Shown here: piece by piece, positions 57,512-60,357 of the stretch
Layout: each line of letters starts with the position of its first letter
Position numbering within the stretch: position 1 is the stretch's first letter
Origin: a virus
Taxonomy: Duplodnaviria; Caudoviricetes
Reading direction: 5' to 3' (one strand)
Length of the DNA: 60,357 nucleotides
IMG/VR virus record: IMGVR_UViG_3300044568_001950
Span: 1-60,357 of that record
Translations under genes and position numbers: made by a program
The notes under the pieces: generated by a model
Databases searched by the model: none
Told to the model about the DNA's origin: nothing
Seen by the model: the letters and a program-made list of their open reading frames with translations, nothing else

Positions 57512-57719
57512 AAACATCGGTGAGATGGTCCGCAAGTATAAGAAAAGCGGATCTATCGGCACCAGCAAGCCAGCTAGCAAAGGCAAAGCGGTCAAGCAGG
57601 CCGTGGCCATTGCTCTGTCTAAAGCAGGAAAAGCACGCAAGATGAAAACAGGGGGCGTCCCTGGACCCGTCAAAGAAGTAATGCGCAAAGACGCCAAAGT
57701 CCCCACCAAAATCTACTAG
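57471..57719 (+). CDS. Small basic protein
   Basis: MPLKPG...VSENI...[12 protein letters not shown]; MKTGG motif. Confidence 0.75.
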   Translation: MPLKPGRSRKVVSENIGEMVRKYKKSGSIGTSKPASKGKAVKQAVAIALSKAGKARKMKTGGVPGPVKEVMRKDAKVPTKIY

Positions 57720-57728
57720 GAGCACGAA

Positions 57729-58031
57729 ATGCCCATGTATCGCAAGCCAACACCGAAAGAGCGTGCAAAGATAGAAAAAGCACGGGAAAAGACAACGCAA
57801 GGTATGGAGGGAGAGAAGGATCTTCTGTCCAGGTTTTCTACAACTTCTGCCAAAGCCGCTCGTGACGAGTACAAAGCCGGTCGCAAGATGATGGAAGAGG
57901 TTCCCGCAGAGGCCCGCGCGTACGAGGCTGAAGAAGGTAATCCTGGCGTAGGAACGTACAAATCAGGCGGAATGGTTAGCGTCCGTGGCCAGGGCGCAGC
58001 CCGAAAAACAAAAGGATGTAAAATCTGCTAA
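57729..58031 (+). CDS. Small basic protein
   Basis: YKSGGMV..RGQGAA motif. Confidence 0.7.
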   Translation: MPMYRKPTPKERAKIEKAREKTTQGMEGEKDLLSRFSTTSAKAARDEYKAGRKMMEEVPAEARAYEAEEGNPGVGTYKSGGMVSVRGQGAARKTKGCKIC

Positions 58032-58216
58032 TGGAAAATTTAGTCGAACAGTTGTACAAACTTGTCCGGTCTCGCAAACACGAGATCGGCGAGCAAATGA
58101 TTTACGGCGGTGTCAAGAACTCGGACCATTACCACACCCTGGTCGGTGAGGTCCGAGGCTTGCAAATGGTCGAAGATGAAATGACCCGGATACTAACGAA
58201 AGTAGAAAGCGAGTAG
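58031..58216 (+). CDS. Hypothetical protein
   Basis: TAATG-coupled; Y..LVGEVRGL. Confidence 0.7.
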   Translation: MENLVEQLYKLVRSRKHEIGEQMIYGGVKNSDHYHTLVGEVRGLQMVEDEMTRILTKVESE

Positions 58217-58264
58217 TAAAAACCCTAACCTCGTGGCGGATGCCATGCAATATTGGAGAAATAG

Positions 58265-58711
58265 ATGACTGAAATGACTGCGCTTCAAAAGAAGTGGGCA
58301 GACGAACGTGCGGCTGAGCAAAAGGTGGAAGAGGAAGAACTTCAGAATCGCCCTGAGAATATGGATCAGAGCATTTTGGACCGAATCCCCAAGCCAACAG
58401 GCTGGCGCATTGTAGTTCTACCATTTCGCCCACCCAAGAAGACCAAAAGCGGTATTGTTTTGGCCGAACAAGCGGTGGAGCGGCAACAAATCGCTACGGT
58501 ATGTGGATATGTCGTATCTACTGGGCCTTTGGCCTATGGGGATACGGAGAAGTTTCCGCACGGCCCGTGGTGCAAGAAAGGTGACTGGATTGTCTTTGGT
58601 CGGTATGCCGGGGCTCGTATTGGCATAGACGGAGGAGAGATTCGGATTTTGAACGATGATGAAGTCCTGGCAACTATTGCCGATCCGGACGACATCACGC
58701 ACATGGTATAA
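58265..58711 (+). CDS. groES: GroES-like co-chaperonin
   Basis: PTGWRIVV, KTKSGIVL, GDWIVFGRYAG, RILNDDEVLA. Confidence 0.9.
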   Translation: MTEMTALQKKWADERAAEQKVEEEELQNRPENMDQSILDRIPKPTGWRIVVLPFRPPKKTKSGIVLAEQAVERQQIATVCGYVVSTGPLAYGDTEKFPHGPWCKKGDWIVFGRYAGARIGIDGGEIRILNDDEVLATIADPDDITHMV

Positions 58712-58722
58712 GGAGAAAAACC

Positions 58723-59688
58723 ATGCCAGAGAACGAAGATGTACAAGATGCAGTACAAGTCCCTTCTGGGGACGACCAACTGGAATTCAACCTGGGCGAG
58801 GGCGAACAGGGCGCCGAGGTTGAGATCGCAGAAGACGGAACGGCAAAAATTGCTGCTGTAGACGAAGAAGAGGCAAAAAATGCCGCTTCAGAAGGCAAAA
58901 AGACCCCCGATCGCGGGACCCAGGAGCACGAGGAGTACAGCAACAAGGTCAAAAAGCGTATCGAAAAGATGACGGCCAAGCTTCGGGAATCGGAGCGTCG
59001 TGAGCAGGCGGCTTTGGAATATGCCAAGCAAGTTCAGGCAAACCTCCAGCAGATGCAGGCCAAGGTCTATAACCTAGACCAGGGCTACCTCACCGAGAGC
59101 AAGGGTCGGATTGACTCCCAGATCTCTATTGCAGAGGCAAACCTGCAAAACGCTGTGGAGCAAAACGACGGCAGAGCCGTGGTCGAAGCTCAGAAACTCT
59201 TGTCGCAATTGATGATCCAACAGGATCAGTTAAACCGCGTTGCAGCACAACGGCCCAAGGTTCAGCCTCAGGCTCCTCAACAGGCCTACCAGCAGCCGGT
59301 TTATCAGCAACCCCCACAGCAAGCGCAGCGCGGCCCAGATGAAAAGGCCGAGCAGTGGGCAGAGGAGAATGAATGGTTTGGTTCTGACGAGGTAATGACT
59401 AATGGGACCTTTGCCATCCATAATCAGCTAGAACGAGAAGGATTTGACTTGTCAAGCGATGAATACTATGATGAGTTAAATCGGAGAATCCGTAAGGAGT
59501 TTCCGCATAAGTTTCGTAAGCCTCAGGTAAATACCAATGTAGACGCCCCTGGTATTGCACCTGCAACTCGCGGTTTATCCGTGAGCCAAACTGGGCGCAG
59601 GACCATAAAACTCACACCTAGTGAAGTGGCCATGGCTAAAAGAATAGGTGTCCCCCTGGAAGAGTACGCTAAGTACGTAAGGAGATAA
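58723..59688 (+). CDS. Putative capsid scaffolding protein
   Basis: Acidic N-terminus, coiled coil, C-terminal LTPSEVAMAKRIGVPLEEYAK; lies between portal and capsid genes. Confidence 0.7.
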   Translation: MPENEDVQDAVQVPSGDDQLEFNLGEGEQGAEVEIAEDGTAKIAAVDEEEAKNAASEGKKTPDRGTQEHEEYSNKVKKRIEKMTAKLRESERREQAALEYAKQVQANLQQMQAKVYNLDQGYLTESKGRIDSQISIAEANLQNAVEQNDGRAVVEAQKLLSQLMIQQDQLNRVAAQRPKVQPQAPQQAYQQPVYQQPPQQAQRGPDEKAEQWAEENEWFGSDEVMTNGTFAIHNQLEREGFDLSSDEYYDELNRRIRKEFPHKFRKPQVNTNVDAPGIAPATRGLSVSQTGRRTIKLTPSEVAMAKRIGVPLEEYAKYVRR

Positions 59689-59690
59689 GC

Positions 59691-60167
59691 ATGACTAGTC
59701 AAAAAATTGATCGCACAACACGTGCTGCTGAAACCCGTCAAAAAACGGAGCGTAAGAAGTCATGGGTACGTCCTTCGGACCTAGATGCACCTGAAGCACC
59801 TCCGGGATATCGCCATCGTTGGATTCGTGTACAAGCTGGTGGTCACGACGACAGCAAGAACGTAGCAGGTAAACTCCGCGAGGGGTATGAGCTTGTTCGT
59901 GCTGAAGAGTACCCCGACTTTGTCGCCCCTTCGATTCAAAATGGTATTCATTCTGGCGTCATTGGCGTCGGTGATGTTATGCTGGCGAGAATTCCTGAAG
60001 AGTTAGCTGAGCAGCGTGGAGCGCACTACGAACAGCGGGCAGGCGAACAGATTACGGCTGTTGATAACGATTTGATGAAAATTAATGCGCATGACACTAT
60101 GCGAGTAGTCAAACCGGAGCGGCAGTCACGAGTTACCTTTGGTGGCCCTCGAAAGGCCGATGACTAA
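59691..60167 (+). CDS. Conserved head-region protein
   Basis: LDAPEAPPGYRHRWIR...REGYELV; AAGGAG RBS. Confidence 0.75.
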   Translation: MTSQKIDRTTRAAETRQKTERKKSWVRPSDLDAPEAPPGYRHRWIRVQAGGHDDSKNVAGKLREGYELVRAEEYPDFVAPSIQNGIHSGVIGVGDVMLARIPEELAEQRGAHYEQRAGEQITAVDNDLMKINAHDTMRVVKPERQSRVTFGGPRKADD

Positions 60168-60188
60168 TTTTTTGTAAGGAAGATTCAA

Positions 60189-60357
60189 ATGGCTAACGTT
60201 AATAAGCCTTTTGGTTTTCGTCCTGTCGGTAAAGTCGGCAGTAACTACGATAACCAAGGTCTAACGCAGTACAAGATCTCCAACAACTACGGTACCGCCC
60301 TGTATCAAGGCGATTCTGTTAAGTTGTCTGGGGGATATTTAGCAATCGCAACCACCG
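60189..60357 (+). CDS. 5' part of the capsid-associated protein continuing at base 1
   Basis: AAGGA RBS, ATG at 60189, in frame with 1..534. Confidence 0.75.
   Translation, partial: MANVNKPFGFRPVGKVGSNYDNQGLTQYKISNNYGTALYQGDSVKLSGGYLAIATT
60231..60357. repeat. Terminal duplication (copy 2)
   Basis: Identical to 1-127. Confidence 0.95.

Overview
The window is an apparently complete, circularly permuted ~60.2 kb tailed dsDNA phage genome. Bases 1-127 repeat exactly at 60231-60357 and a capsid-associated ORF reads through the join. The layout is podovirus-like: terminase, portal, GroES, scaffold, major capsid protein, adaptor and tail genes, a LamG tail fibre, holin plus M15 endolysin, and large internal virion proteins. 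The replication module has a PD-(D/E)XK exonuclease, SNF2 helicase, SSB-like protein, primase, UvrD and a Leu762-type PolA. This recalls HTVC023P/vSAG 37-F6-like aquatic phages (from memory, not verified). I found no integrase, tRNA or canonical CRISPR array. The most striking feature is at 41.0-42.0 kb. An intergenic ~310-nt array of in-phase GGY-NN pentamers (constant GGY, variable dinucleotide) is split into three blocks by hairpins and ends in a terminator-like hairpin. It lies directly upstream of a solo 205-aa RAMP/Cas7-like gene, with no CRISPR effector or adaptation genes nearby. I read this as a candidate minimal RNA-guided system in which the variable NN pairs form a non-contiguous guide. 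Other notable items are two pseudoknotted 5' leaders, an IHF/iteron/inverted-repeat origin-like element, a repeated early-gene promoter-hairpin-RBS cassette, dispersed CCNNGGN heptamer runs, a shared [MFY]xxGG motif in many virion proteins, and Rap1a-, HslV- and DUF932-like accessory genes. All product calls come from reading motifs by eye; no database searches were run.
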